A stretch of DNA of 64,000 nucleotides. It comes from Nitrospira sp. (GTDB lineage Bacteria; Nitrospirota; Nitrospiria; Nitrospirales; Nitrospiraceae). Of the stretch, positions 29,498 to 38,406 are shown piece after piece. Location of the stretch: assembly GCA_047150005.1 (NCBI GenBank), contig AP038806.1, positions 256,001 through 320,000 on the forward strand, given 5' to 3'. A program made the translations under genes and the position numbers. Under the pieces are notes generated by a model. It searched no databases, was not told the origin of the DNA, and saw only the letters and a program-made list of their open reading frames with translations. The first letter of the stretch is position 1. Each line of letters opens with the position of its first letter.

Positions 29498-31033
29498 CTA
29501 CCCTGCTTCAACGATCTCGGCTGATGTCGCATGCGACACAGCCACGGCAGGACGCCTGACACGCCATGCAATCCAGTAGAAGAGACCCCCCACTGCCAGA
29601 CAGGTCAGATCAATGCCTGCTAATCGCCAATTACCGACCGGCAGCGTGACCAACAGATGATTGCCAGCAGTCATCAAGTTCAACAGCGGCAAGAAGGCAA
29701 ACAGGGTAGCAGCCGCTCTAACCTGTTCCTTCCATGCCCGTGAGCGATCTTTCCTGAGAAATCCGTGCGCGACGCATAGAGCCCATAGGAAAAAAAACGT
29801 GTCCATTTCCCACATCGCTCGTCCTGGTACGTTAAGGGGCCACAATCGATTGGCCCAAAAGAACGCGGCGATCGCGACCGGCAATCCTGCGACCACGGCA
29901 ACATTGAGGGATTCGACAATCTGGTATCCGGCAGCATTCCCGGCATGGCTGTCCTTCCGTTTGATGACCCATAGGAGCAGCCCCGTCGCAATCATGGTGC
30001 TCCCGGTCAGCCCCATGAAAAAATATAACCATCGAATCATGGCGTGATCAAACCATAGGTAATGAAGTCCGAGGAGCACCGAATAGGTAACGAAGGCGGA
30101 GCTCTTCCCCTTCCACACGTTGAGGATTTTTCCGGTTGCTCCGTCGAACGTCACGCGATCGGAGATCAAGGCTAGACGATCGTCGGCGCGGCGTACGACC
30201 TCCACGCGGGCATGAAGATCTCCCGGATGCTTCACTTGGATCCACTCGGTGACGCCCTCACCCCAATAGGTCTTCGCTTGCTGTTCGAGCGCAACAAGTG
30301 AGATCAACGGAGCCGGAATACTTGCGCGCTGAGCGTCGACACGCTGCTCTACCTCCTGCAGAATCTTGTTAAACTCACCGCCGTAGAACACGTCCACTCC
30401 TGCCGGCATATAGATCATCCAGAAGATGACGAGTCCCGTGAACGTGATCACAACGTGGAACGGCAACATCAGGACGCCTGTGGCATTGTGAGCATCAAGC
30501 CATGATCGATGAAAGGATGCCTTGTGTCGGAACGTGAAGAAGTCCTTAAAGATCCGATGATGAATCACCAGGCCGGTAACGAGGGCCACCAGCATCAGCA
30601 TCGCTGTACCGCCAACTATCCACGTCCCGAGTCGGTCCAAATGCAGTTGATAGTGGAACCGATAGAAAAACTCGCCCCCTTGCGTCTCACGGACCGTCAG
30701 GATCTCCCCGGTCGCCGGATCGAGCTTCCGTTGCTCTTGCTGCTCCTCTCCAGGATTCTGCCAGGAAATGGTCAATTCCGGTGTCCTGGCATGGGGTAGT
30801 TCGATCCACCATTCATCCGCTCGCGGCGCGAGTCGGGCAAGTTGATCCGCTGCGGCCTGGAGATTCACGGGCGAGGTTCTGATCCCATGCAATTCCGGCT
30901 GCATCCAATAGGTGATTTCCTTGTCGAACACGGTCAGTGTGCCGGTCAGAAAGATAGCGAACAGGATCCACCCGAACAGGAGACCACCCCACGTATGCAG
31001 CCAATCCATCGACTGTGTAAAACCGTCTTTCAT
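29498..31033 (-). CDS. PepSY-associated TM helix protein (iron-regulated membrane protein)
   Basis: F.QSM.WLHTW.GL, FFY.FHY.L, SWLDAHN.TG, GLH, FWANRL.P. Confidence 0.9.
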   Translation of the reverse strand: MKDGFTQSMDWLHTWGGLLFGWILFAIFLTGTLTVFDKEITYWMQPELHGIRTSPVNLQAAADQLARLAPRADEWWIELPHARTPELTISWQNPGEEQQEQRKLDPATGEILTVRETQGGEFFYRFHYQLHLDRLGTWIVGGTAMLMLVALVTGLVIHHRIFKDFFTFRHKASFHRSWLDAHNATGVLMLPFHVVITFTGLVIFWMIYMPAGVDVFYGGEFNKILQEVEQRVDAQRASIPAPLISLVALEQQAKTYWGEGVTEWIQVKHPGDLHARVEVVRRADDRLALISDRVTFDGATGKILNVWKGKSSAFVTYSVLLGLHYLWFDHAMIRWLYFFMGLTGSTMIATGLLLWVIKRKDSHAGNAAGYQIVESLNVAVVAGLPVAIAAFFWANRLWPLNVPGRAMWEMDTFFFLWALCVAHGFLRKDRSRAWKEQVRAAATLFAFLPLLNLMTAGNHLLVTLPVGNWRLAGIDLTCLAVGGLFYWIAWRVRRPAVAVSHATSAEIVEAG

Positions 31034-31072
31034 GGCTGTAGCCGGTCGAATCTACCCAAGCGGCAGCGCGGA

Positions 31073-31170
31073 TTACCGCTCACGACCCATACGAGCGGCA
31101 GAGAGCCCAAGCCCCCGACTACCGAAGAACCCAGAAACCCATCCAAACGTGTCCCTGCCTGCTTCGAGAT
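31073..31170 (-). pseudogene. Decayed 3' end of a DUF3649-like gene
   Basis: Frameshifted WMG/FLGSSVVGGLGSLPLVWVV aligns by eye with WIGLLAPAFGCGAIALPLFLAVV of 34311-34613, and sits just upstream of the PepSY gene. Confidence 0.4.
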
Positions 31171-31395
31171 TTCGGCATCAATCTTGGGTACCGGACGCAA
31201 CAGGGAGCGCTCACCCACCGGCGTCAGCTCTCGGCAAATTGGGAGCACTGTACTACACCCCTCTTGGCAATGGGAACGGTTTGGAGCCCCATGACGACAA
31301 GAATGGATCGCACCGAGCGTGTGACGACTGGACGGCTTTCGCTCCTGTGCTGCGAATAGGAACATGTCAGACCAAGAAATGGATGACGAATTGTT

Positions 31396-31551
31396 CTACG
31401 GAGGACTGACGGAAACTACCGTTCCAATACTGCCGACGAGAAACGTCCAGGTGGATAGAACCGCGATGGCACCCACGAGAATTCCGAACGCCACCGCGAG
31501 ACTGATGAGCACTGGAATGGTGTCATTCCGAATGATGAAGTCCGTCTTCAT
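31396..31551 (-). CDS. Small single-TM protein (51 aa)
   Basis: MKTDFIIRNDTIPVLISLAVAFGILVGAIAVLSTWTFLVG..., preceded by AAGGAG; below the ORF track cutoff. Confidence 0.55.
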   Translation of the reverse strand: MKTDFIIRNDTIPVLISLAVAFGILVGAIAVLSTWTFLVGSIGTVVSVSPP

Positions 31552-31566
31552 CCTTCACTCCTTCAT

Positions 31567-31737
31567 TCAGAGGGTCGAAGCCGTGCCGACCGAACCGATC
31601 GCACTTTTTGACCGTCGACCTTCATCGACCACCAGCGCGCTTTGCGTGATTGCGTAGCGGCAGATCGCGCAGGCCCAGAACGCTCCCGTCTGCAAGAGAC
31701 AGTTCCGTAGACACCGAGGACAATGGCGAATTTTCAT
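31567..31737 (-). CDS. Small Zn-ribbon-like protein (56 aa)
   Basis: MKIRHCPRC...WACAIC; GAGGAG RBS. Confidence 0.6.
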   Translation of the reverse strand: MKIRHCPRCLRNCLLQTGAFWACAICRYAITQSALVVDEGRRSKSAIGSVGTASTL

Positions 31738-31751
31738 CAGTCGACTCCTCA

Positions 31752-31958
31752 TCAGTGACACATGTGAGCGTTTGATGCGCCTGTATGTGCAGACGCAGAA
31801 CCCAAAGAGGATTGTTTCAGCATTGAGGCCAAACGCCCGATGGAATCAGCGAATACTTGGAATTCTTCCCTATCAAAATGCAGCGTGATCGACCCGTAAG
31901 TCAGATGAAGTCTTCCGCAACCACATACTGCGAGTTTCGATTGCCCATGGCTGTGCAT
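31752..31958 (-). CDS. Small hypothetical protein with CxC..H motif (68 aa)
   Basis: MHSHGQSKLAVCGCGRLHLTYGSITLHF..EEF; AGGAG RBS. Confidence 0.65.
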   Translation of the reverse strand: MHSHGQSKLAVCGCGRLHLTYGSITLHFDREEFQVFADSIGRLASMLKQSSLGSASAHTGASNAHMCH

Positions 31959-32032
31959 GTTTTCTCTCCTTGATTGATACCGCGTTGTGACACCTATATG
32001 ACTCCCGCCGCCTCCTGTCCGCCGAAGCGGCG

Positions 32033-32548
32033 CTAAACAGAGAGAACTTCTCCGCGAAAGTCGGCAGCCCCCTCCCAGACTTCTCCGGACTCGCCGAAGG
32101 AGAACCGATTGAGCACAATGAGATTGCGGATGGCCTGTAGGTCGCTGCATGAGAAATCATGGCGCCAACGCAACCGCACAATCCCTTCCTCATCCAAGAG
32201 CAGGGTGCGGCACTCAGAACCAGATGAATCGCCGGCGATGCCGAACATCCGATGCAGACGTCGACAAGGGTCGGCGAGCACCGTTGCTCGGTGTCTGTTC
32301 TCTCCGTCCTGCCAGAGTTGGTGGTGAAGACAGGCGTCCGACCCGACGATCAAGAACTCGGCCTCAACTTCGCGAAATCGCTCGGTTTGATCGTCCAGCG
32401 TCTCCGCCGCCGCGATGATACCCTGATCCGGTAAGAAGCACATCACGATCACGCGGCCGTGGAATTGTTTTCCCGATAGATACCTCACCTCGCCGCCTAC
32501 CAGGGCCGGCGCGCGAAAATCCAACATGCTTGTTTCATTGAGCCTCAT
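32033..32548 (-). CDS. Peroxiredoxin/AhpC-TSA-fold protein lacking the peroxidatic Cys motif
   Basis: DF.APA, G...V.CF.P, LADP...L...FG and R.LLLD.EG.VR match the Prx fold, but PxxxTxxC is absent. AAGGAG RBS. Confidence 0.75.
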   Translation of the reverse strand: MRLNETSMLDFRAPALVGGEVRYLSGKQFHGRVIVMCFLPDQGIIAAAETLDDQTERFREVEAEFLIVGSDACLHHQLWQDGENRHRATVLADPCRRLHRMFGIAGDSSGSECRTLLLDEEGIVRLRWRHDFSCSDLQAIRNLIVLNRFSFGESGEVWEGAADFRGEVLSV

Positions 32549-32573
32549 TGATACTCTCCTTTACTCGAGCCGT

Positions 32574-32741
32574 TCATTTGTACGCACCTCTCCTCATCAC
32601 ACACCTCTCGACCGGTTGTGACCAATGAAGATCACACCGATTCCAGCCGCAGTTCACACATCTCCATCCGGCCATTCGGTAAAAATCCAATATTTCTTCG
32701 AGCACCACGAGCCCACCACACTTTACACAGCTCGATTTCAT
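32574..32741 (-). CDS. Small Zn-ribbon-like protein (55 aa)
   Basis: MKSSCVKCGGLVVLEE...GWRCVNCGW; AAGGAG RBS; absent from the ORF track. Confidence 0.65.
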   Translation of the reverse strand: MKSSCVKCGGLVVLEEILDFYRMAGWRCVNCGWNRCDLHWSQPVERCVMRRGAYK

Positions 32742-32830
32742 CGTTTCTCCTTCAACTCATGATGACACCGCGGGTGGAACGGCGGAGGAGGATTAGTCCA
32801 ACGTTCCATCCAACGGGTGATGCTCTGCAT

Positions 32831-33010
32831 CTACCTGAGTGCCGCCGAGTTGGTGGTCGGCAGCGGAGACGCCAAAGTAGCAGCGGTATTCTCGATCTCC
32901 TCTTCGAGCCACCGGCTAAGCGACGGATGGGCCTGTCCCTTTTCGTTGAGCACATAGTCCACGATTCGAGAAAGAAGCGCTGCTTGGACCGCTTCCAGTT
33001 GATAGGTCAT
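32831..33010 (-). CDS. Small hypothetical helical protein (59 aa)
   Basis: MTYQLEAVQAALLSRIVDYVLNE...; first ORF downstream of the Fur-like box and TTGACA. Confidence 0.5.
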   Translation of the reverse strand: MTYQLEAVQAALLSRIVDYVLNEKGQAHPSLSRWLEEEIENTAATLASPLPTTNSAALR

Positions 33011-33049
33011 GAACGTCTGTATTTGCAACGGATCGCGCCATTGTTGATC

Positions 33050-33092
33050 TTGATATGCATTCTCAATATCAGTTACAGCCTGTACTTGTCAA
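33050..33092 (-). promoter_or_regulatory. Sigma70-like promoter overlapped by a putative Fur box
   Basis: Minus strand: TTGACA (33092-33087), then GATATTGAGAATGCATATCAA (33070-33050) covering the -10 region. Confidence 0.7.
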
Positions 33093-33122
33093 CCCTATTT
33101 TCTTCGCCTCCTAACAATGATT

Positions 33123-33878
33123 TTAGGTGCGGATTCCGCTGACCAGCGTTAGAACCATCGCGGTGATGTACATGAGGCTGATGCCCAGAAAGACACCTAA
33201 GGCGACCTGTAATCGGCGCGTAACCGTGTAAGAGATGGCTGTTAGGGAGAGAATGACGTAGAAAAGAGAACCAGCGGCCAAGGCATAGAATGAAATTGTG
33301 AAGTACGACGAGAGCCCCTGCCCACTCAAGAGCGCGCCCAAGCAAGTCGGAGCCCCCGCCAGGAGCCCGAGCAAGAATATATCTTTCCCGGTCACCGGTG
33401 TTTTTCCCGCGGCACCCACGATGCCGAACCCCTCTGTCCCGTTATGGAGCGCAAACCCTGCCACGAGCAGCGCGCTCAATACCCATTCTCCGTTCGCGTA
33501 GCTCGCACCGATCGCCAATCCCTCCCCAAGATTGTGGAAGCCCATGCCGAGCGCAATCATGTAAGGAAGGGACAGCATGCGGTTCCCGGTTTTCCCCCCG
33601 AACACCTGGCTGGACTCCAACGCGACCAAACCGACCAGACTGACTCCGAGGCTCCCCAGAAAAACAATCCATGAGACTGCATCACGGACGCCTGTCAGTT
33701 CAATCGCTTCGTGCATCAGGTCGAAAAACAGATAGGCCAACACGCCGGTGGCCACCCCGATGAGCGACCCTTCCCACGACCGAGGCAGCACTCGCCCCAA
33801 CAATAGCGCCACGAAAATTCCAAGATAGATCGGAATGACACCGGCGATGGCACCGAGCCCTATAAGATCCATTCTCAT
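33123..33878 (-). CDS. ZIP-family (ZupT-like) divalent metal transporter
   Basis: HNLGEGLAIG and HNGTEG metal-site motifs, plus AAG...YV; multiple TMs. Confidence 0.88.
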   Translation of the reverse strand: MRMDLIGLGAIAGVIPIYLGIFVALLLGRVLPRSWEGSLIGVATGVLAYLFFDLMHEAIELTGVRDAVSWIVFLGSLGVSLVGLVALESSQVFGGKTGNRMLSLPYMIALGMGFHNLGEGLAIGASYANGEWVLSALLVAGFALHNGTEGFGIVGAAGKTPVTGKDIFLLGLLAGAPTCLGALLSGQGLSSYFTISFYALAAGSLFYVILSLTAISYTVTRRLQVALGVFLGISLMYITAMVLTLVSGIRT

Positions 33879-33931
33879 GCTCCTTGATTAGAAACCGAGT
33901 CGTCGATACGCCGACCGTGACGCGAATAGAA

Positions 33932-34272
33932 TCATGCAGGTTCCAGAACCGCGGCCACTCCTCGCGCACGACGAAGAGAGGGGCACAGAGCCACGGCCAT
34001 TATACCGAGAACCGACCCGTTCCATCGGCCGGAAGAGACACCAGCGTGCCTCCACTGGAGCGACGACCATCGGACAAAGCGAGCCACCTCCTGTGATGGC
34101 ATTCCGCCTTGATGTTGTGAGCTGACGCACAAGCCGTGTCCTTCTGCTCGATCGCACTCGAAGGCGTCGGAAGAGCGGCTGCTACGAACGTCGTGCACGG
34201 ATGCTCCTTCCCTGCCCTGCGCGTTGGCCAAGTACGGAACCGATGAGTCGATTGCACGATATCATCTTTCAT
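33932..34272 (-). pseudogene. Collapsed remnant of PepSY-TM (5' end) and DUF3325 (3' end)
   Basis: MKDDIVQSTHRFRTW resembles MKDGFTQSMDWLHTW. FRPMERVG / LGIMAVAL..GVAAVL resembles FGPVEWVGLIGVIGLAL..GAAAIL. Confidence 0.5.
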
Positions 34273-34310
34273 GAAGCCGTAGTTTCGTACATGTGCAGGG
34301 GCAAGTCACT

Positions 34311-34613
34311 TCAGCGGACAACGGCTAGGAACAGCGGCAGCGCAATGGCCCCGCAGCCAAATGCGGGAGCCAGGAGACCGATCCAGGCGCGCCGTGGCGT
34401 GGAAGCTGCAAACGCCCAGAGAATAGCGCCGGTGTAGAGAACGAAGGAGAACATGGCCGCCGTCAGCACAGCCTCGGTTTTAGAGAGAGGCAGGAGAAGA
34501 GTCAAGCAGGCCGTGAAGGCATAGGTCAGGGCATATCCGCCGAAGGCCGCCGCAGCGATACGGGATATGACATCTTGCCAGGGAATCCGCTTCACTCTGT
34601 TGGCGTTTCCCAT
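34311..34613 (-). CDS. DUF3649-like iron-uptake-associated membrane protein
   Basis: V.SR..AAA.GGYAL, EAVL.A.M.SF..Y....LWAFA.....RAW.GL. Confidence 0.8.
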   Translation of the reverse strand: MGNANRVKRIPWQDVISRIAAAAFGGYALTYAFTACLTLLLPLSKTEAVLTAAMFSFVLYTGAILWAFAASTPRRAWIGLLAPAFGCGAIALPLFLAVVR

Positions 34614-34615
34614 CG

Positions 34616-34932
34616 TCAGTCGTTTCCTGCCAACCCCAATCGTGCCAAACACCGTCAGGGGACTGCCCCAGCGAGGTTTAGCATCGTCGGGACTGGGATA
34701 CCGTGGCCCAGAATCCTCGACATAGGAATACCCTTTGGATTGCATGCATCCGCTCAGATTGATGCCGCCGGACATGGTGTCCTTGTGGTGTTGTTGCCAG
34801 CTGGCACTTCCGGCTTGCAGATCTCGCAATCCTGCTTGGTCTGCGTGTCAGATTTCTTGGGATTGACCACCGTCCTTCGGCTCGGGTCCAAAGCGCCTCA
34901 AAGAATAGGACAACCTTGGTTCGTATCGCCAC
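34616..34932 (-). pseudogene. Frameshifted small exported-protein remnant
   Basis: Pieces in different frames: ..GRW / NPKKSDTQTKQDCEIC / ..GCMQSKGYSYV. Confidence 0.3.
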
Positions 34933-35090
34933 CGTCCCTTCTCCCGTCCCCGGTGTGGAGTACCATACGGCAGTCTCCGGCTTGCGGGTCCATGCCCGAC
35001 TCTCGTGCGACAGACGACGTATCCGTTTTCTGCTCTCCAGACGTGGACCATCGACTGAGGGCTGAGTCTTGAGCGGAACGGGGGCCAGCG

Positions 35091-35537
35091 TTACTTGAAC
35101 GTCAGCTTCTTGAGCTCCGTCGCAGGAAGCTCGACCTCGCCGAAATCGGATTGACCCTTGAAACTCCCGGCCATGGCCAGAATGAATTCCCCGGTCTTTC
35201 CGTCCGCCAAGGTGATAGTAACTTGGGGAGGCGTGCTATTCCCTGAAGGTTTGAGATCGATGTGTTTGATGTTGTCGAATTTGATCTTGACGGTGGCGGT
35301 ACCGCGTTTGACCGGCACTTCCCGCATTTCGTGGGGTACAAACGCGGTCTCACTGATCTTTTCCTCATAATAGAAAATGACGTTCTTGACATCGGTTTCC
35401 ACACCCTTGGCGTCGCTGGCAACGGCGTGAAACACCTTGTCGTTCTTGGTCTGCGCAATTGCAGGTCCGTCGATCAGGATCCCGCTCAGTACGCCTGATA
35501 ACACTGCACCAGCGCAGAGAATCTTCGTGCGGCTCAT
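35091..35537 (-). CDS. Hypothetical exported protein
   Basis: AAGGAG RBS, signal peptide ending AIA, beta-rich mature part. Confidence 0.8.
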   Translation of the reverse strand: MSRTKILCAGAVLSGVLSGILIDGPAIAQTKNDKVFHAVASDAKGVETDVKNVIFYYEEKISETAFVPHEMREVPVKRGTATVKIKFDNIKHIDLKPSGNSTPPQVTITLADGKTGEFILAMAGSFKGQSDFGEVELPATELKKLTFK

Positions 35538-35617
35538 GAGTCTTCTCCTTTGTGGTCCTTTATATGGTGCAACCCCTGATCACTGCCGTCCACAGGAGCA
35601 ATCCAGGGCAGCCACCG

Positions 35618-36583
35618 CTATCCGTCCAATCGATAACTGATGGGAACAAGAATCGTAACCTGCGGCTTTCCCAAAGGATGCTTGAGAGTTAGTGGTGATG
35701 CCTGCCTCATGACCGAAAGCGCTTCCTGGTCGAGAATGGGCCGGCCTGAACTTTCTGCAATACGCAGTCCGACGACAGTTCCGTCCTCACGAATGACCGC
35801 CGCAACCACAACCTTTCCTTCCCAGTGATTGCTTCTTGCCAAGGCCGGATAACGCTTTAATTCCTGAATCCGTTTCCAGAGAGTGTCTCGAAGCCACCCG
35901 TAATCCGCCTGGACTTGTCGATATTGCACGACACGGTGTTGCACAGCCTTTTGTTCCACTAGGGGGAAATCCGATTGTGTAACGGACTCGCGCTGCATCA
36001 CGGCAGGCTGATGCACGACAGCCGCTTGTTCCGTCACTGGTGCGCTCTCGGTCACCGACCCAGTTTCCGTCACCACTTGAGACACCGCCTGACTGGTCTC
36101 AACAACCGTCGCAACCGTCGTGGTCGTTACCGCCTGCACCACAGCCGTCGGACTTTCGACGCCCTGTACCCGCGGACGGTGGATCGCAGTCTCAACCGGC
36201 GTGGCCGTTATCTGTTCAACGGGCGTGACAACATCTTGGACCGTCTGCTGAACTGTCTCCACCGTCTGTGTCTGGACCGTCTGTGTCTCGACCGGTGGAC
36301 GATGGTCAACAGTTCGTTGTACCTGAGGCGTGGTACGAGGGCGGGCTGGCATGGGAGGCAGAGGCGTTGGCGGCTGAGGAGCCGGCTCCACTTTCGGTGG
36401 AGTCTCTATCATGGCAACTTCCCACGTAAATGGCATGGGGCGATTGGGCTTTTCGATTTCCGCGACCAGTACAATCGCGCACCAGACGCCCAGTACATGA
36501 AAAATCAGGGATGCCGACCAACTATGCACGTGAAGCGTTTCGCCGCTACGTGTCAGTCTGCCGAATTCGATGGTGGTCATCAT
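35618..36583 (-). CDS. tonB: Energy transducer TonB
   Basis: TM with SxxxH (SLIFH), Pro-rich then V/Q/T-rich linker, TonB_C (YP..AR...WEG.V, SSG...LD.EA, P..Y.L). Confidence 0.88.
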   Translation of the reverse strand: MMTTIEFGRLTRSGETLHVHSWSASLIFHVLGVWCAIVLVAEIEKPNRPMPFTWEVAMIETPPKVEPAPQPPTPLPPMPARPRTTPQVQRTVDHRPPVETQTVQTQTVETVQQTVQDVVTPVEQITATPVETAIHRPRVQGVESPTAVVQAVTTTTVATVVETSQAVSQVVTETGSVTESAPVTEQAAVVHQPAVMQRESVTQSDFPLVEQKAVQHRVVQYRQVQADYGWLRDTLWKRIQELKRYPALARSNHWEGKVVVAAVIREDGTVVGLRIAESSGRPILDQEALSVMRQASPLTLKHPLGKPQVTILVPISYRLDG

Positions 36584-37057
36584 TCAAAGTTCCGAGGATC
36601 CAGGGGTGGCGTGGCAATGTGCCATGATCGTGACCGACAATCAACCAGACTACCTAAAGAATTTCCGCTGCTCACTGCAGGCGCACCGAGAGGGCCAAGC
36701 GAGGCAGGCTGCGAAGAACCGATTGGCCCAACTGGCCTCGCGAGAAGATCCAGCCTTACAGAATCTTTCAATAGTGAGGAAAGCTCTCTGTCTATAGATC
36801 GACATGCCAGAACACACGACCGTCCTGCTGCGCGACCGCTCAAAGAAAAGACGAACCAGCGCAGCAATACCTCATCACCACTCGAAGGTTTTTCATCAAA
36901 ACGCATAAACACTCGTTTATACGCTCACATACGGCAGTCCCTCTCCTATAGGCTTCGCCTCTCTGGAGAAGGCCTCCGCGAGCGAAGCTCAGGACATTCC
37001 CCTACCCACCGATCTCCAGATACCGGCAATAGGACCAGGGCCTCTTGCGATGGGGTT

Positions 37058-38308
37058 CTAGTGGAAGCTCATACTGGCGTAGGTCGCAGTCGAATTGTAT
37101 TGGTCGGTAATGCCCCGATCGTAGCGAAGTACTTGTCCCTTTTCAGCCTGGATCACGCGAAGCAAGGTATAAACAGGAGAGAACCCGGAAATACGGCGTC
37201 CGTCGTTCTCCTTCTGAATATAGCCGGCAAATTCCTCGGGCTTCAGCTCTTCTACAAACTTCAGCATCTCGAGGTCGCACTGCATACAGCGATGAAAGGA
37301 AAAATCTGTCGGAGGCGCGCTGTCGCCATACCGCATGCCAAGATGCGCCAACTCTCCTGCCGCGATGAGACCGTAGGTTTTTCCGGATGCCGCCAGCGCC
37401 TCGCGCAGGCAACCGAGAAATCGTTCCACCTCGTTCCGCACCGAGGCATCACGCAGACTGTCGGCCGAGAATGACGATAAGATCGGCACGATCGTAAACG
37501 GGGTGGCAGCTGCGCTGACACTCTGAAGAAACGGCAGCTGGTATTCAATGGCATGCTCAGTTTGGTGTGCGATTTCCTCCTGGAAGAATTCGGGAGCGCG
37601 CGACCTGAGCAGATCAACAATCGGACGATCCACCGAGGCGATACCGAGAGGAGTCTCGAAATCCTTGTCGGTGACGGCAAAGAGACTCTCCAACCCCGCA
37701 TGAGCGGTCCCAATGATGACGTACACGCTTGGCTGCTGGGCTTCCTGCAGTTCCTTATAGGCCCAGGCATAGATCGGACCCGCTTGTTTCAGGTCGTAGG
37801 TCGGCGCGACCAGGCCTTTGATCGGCTTCCCCTTGTTCTCCGACGGCTTGAAATCCGGGCCCTCCTTCGACGTAAAGAACCCATCGATCTGTTTTTTCAG
37901 CTTCGCGCCGTCCGCCTCGTAGCTTTTTCCAGCAAACATGGCCTGCCGTAGCGGCGCCTGCCGATAGGCCTCCTGCGCCTGCCTGTGGGCTGACTCCGCC
38001 CGCTCCCCTTCGAGGAACAATTTGCCGTCGAGGTCTGAAACCAACTGCTCGACCTTGTTCGGCAACAGGAATTCGCCGAAGCGTTTGAGATAGAGTCCGG
38101 CGATTTCTTGCAGGGAATGTTCCCCGTCGAAGTGCTGCACGATGAAAAAGTAGTTTAGCGGCAACACCAGTTTTTCCTTGCTCAGGCCGCTCGGGTCCCA
38201 GAGCACGACGTACTGCTCCTCCCCTTCCTTGATCGGAGAGAACTGGAGATTGCGCAGTGCTGGGTACTGCTTGGGATCCCTGGCTGGGTCGGTCACCACG
38301 GAAGGCAT
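37058..38308 (-). CDS. MEMO1 / AmmeMemoRadiSam protein B-like, with N-terminal winged-helix extension
   Basis: R.A..AG.SY, GTAH, F.TPLG, EHAIE.QLPFLQ, IVPIL, LAH.G.RYGD. Confidence 0.85.
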   Translation of the reverse strand: MPSVVTDPARDPKQYPALRNLQFSPIKEGEEQYVVLWDPSGLSKEKLVLPLNYFFIVQHFDGEHSLQEIAGLYLKRFGEFLLPNKVEQLVSDLDGKLFLEGERAESAHRQAQEAYRQAPLRQAMFAGKSYEADGAKLKKQIDGFFTSKEGPDFKPSENKGKPIKGLVAPTYDLKQAGPIYAWAYKELQEAQQPSVYVIIGTAHAGLESLFAVTDKDFETPLGIASVDRPIVDLLRSRAPEFFQEEIAHQTEHAIEYQLPFLQSVSAAATPFTIVPILSSFSADSLRDASVRNEVERFLGCLREALAASGKTYGLIAAGELAHLGMRYGDSAPPTDFSFHRCMQCDLEMLKFVEELKPEEFAGYIQKENDGRRISGFSPVYTLLRVIQAEKGQVLRYDRGITDQYNSTATYASMSFH

Positions 38309-38406
38309 TGTAATAGAGATAACGAGGCGGCTTCAATGGTGGAGAAGCGTGGGGGTCCCGTCCTGGCGAATAGCCCCACCGTGCTCGCTCCACACATTCC
38401 CCAATG

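Noticed and set aside
36580..37057. Possible riboswitch or ORF upstream of tonB
   Set aside because: No recognisable cobalamin or other riboswitch core. Only a short ATAAAC-N4-GTTTAT inverted repeat near 36905-36920; the 110-aa ORF looks non-coding.
35975..37474. 499-aa plus-strand ORF
   Set aside because: Overlaps tonB and the MEMO1-like gene on the opposite strand; Arg/His-rich composition with no domain.
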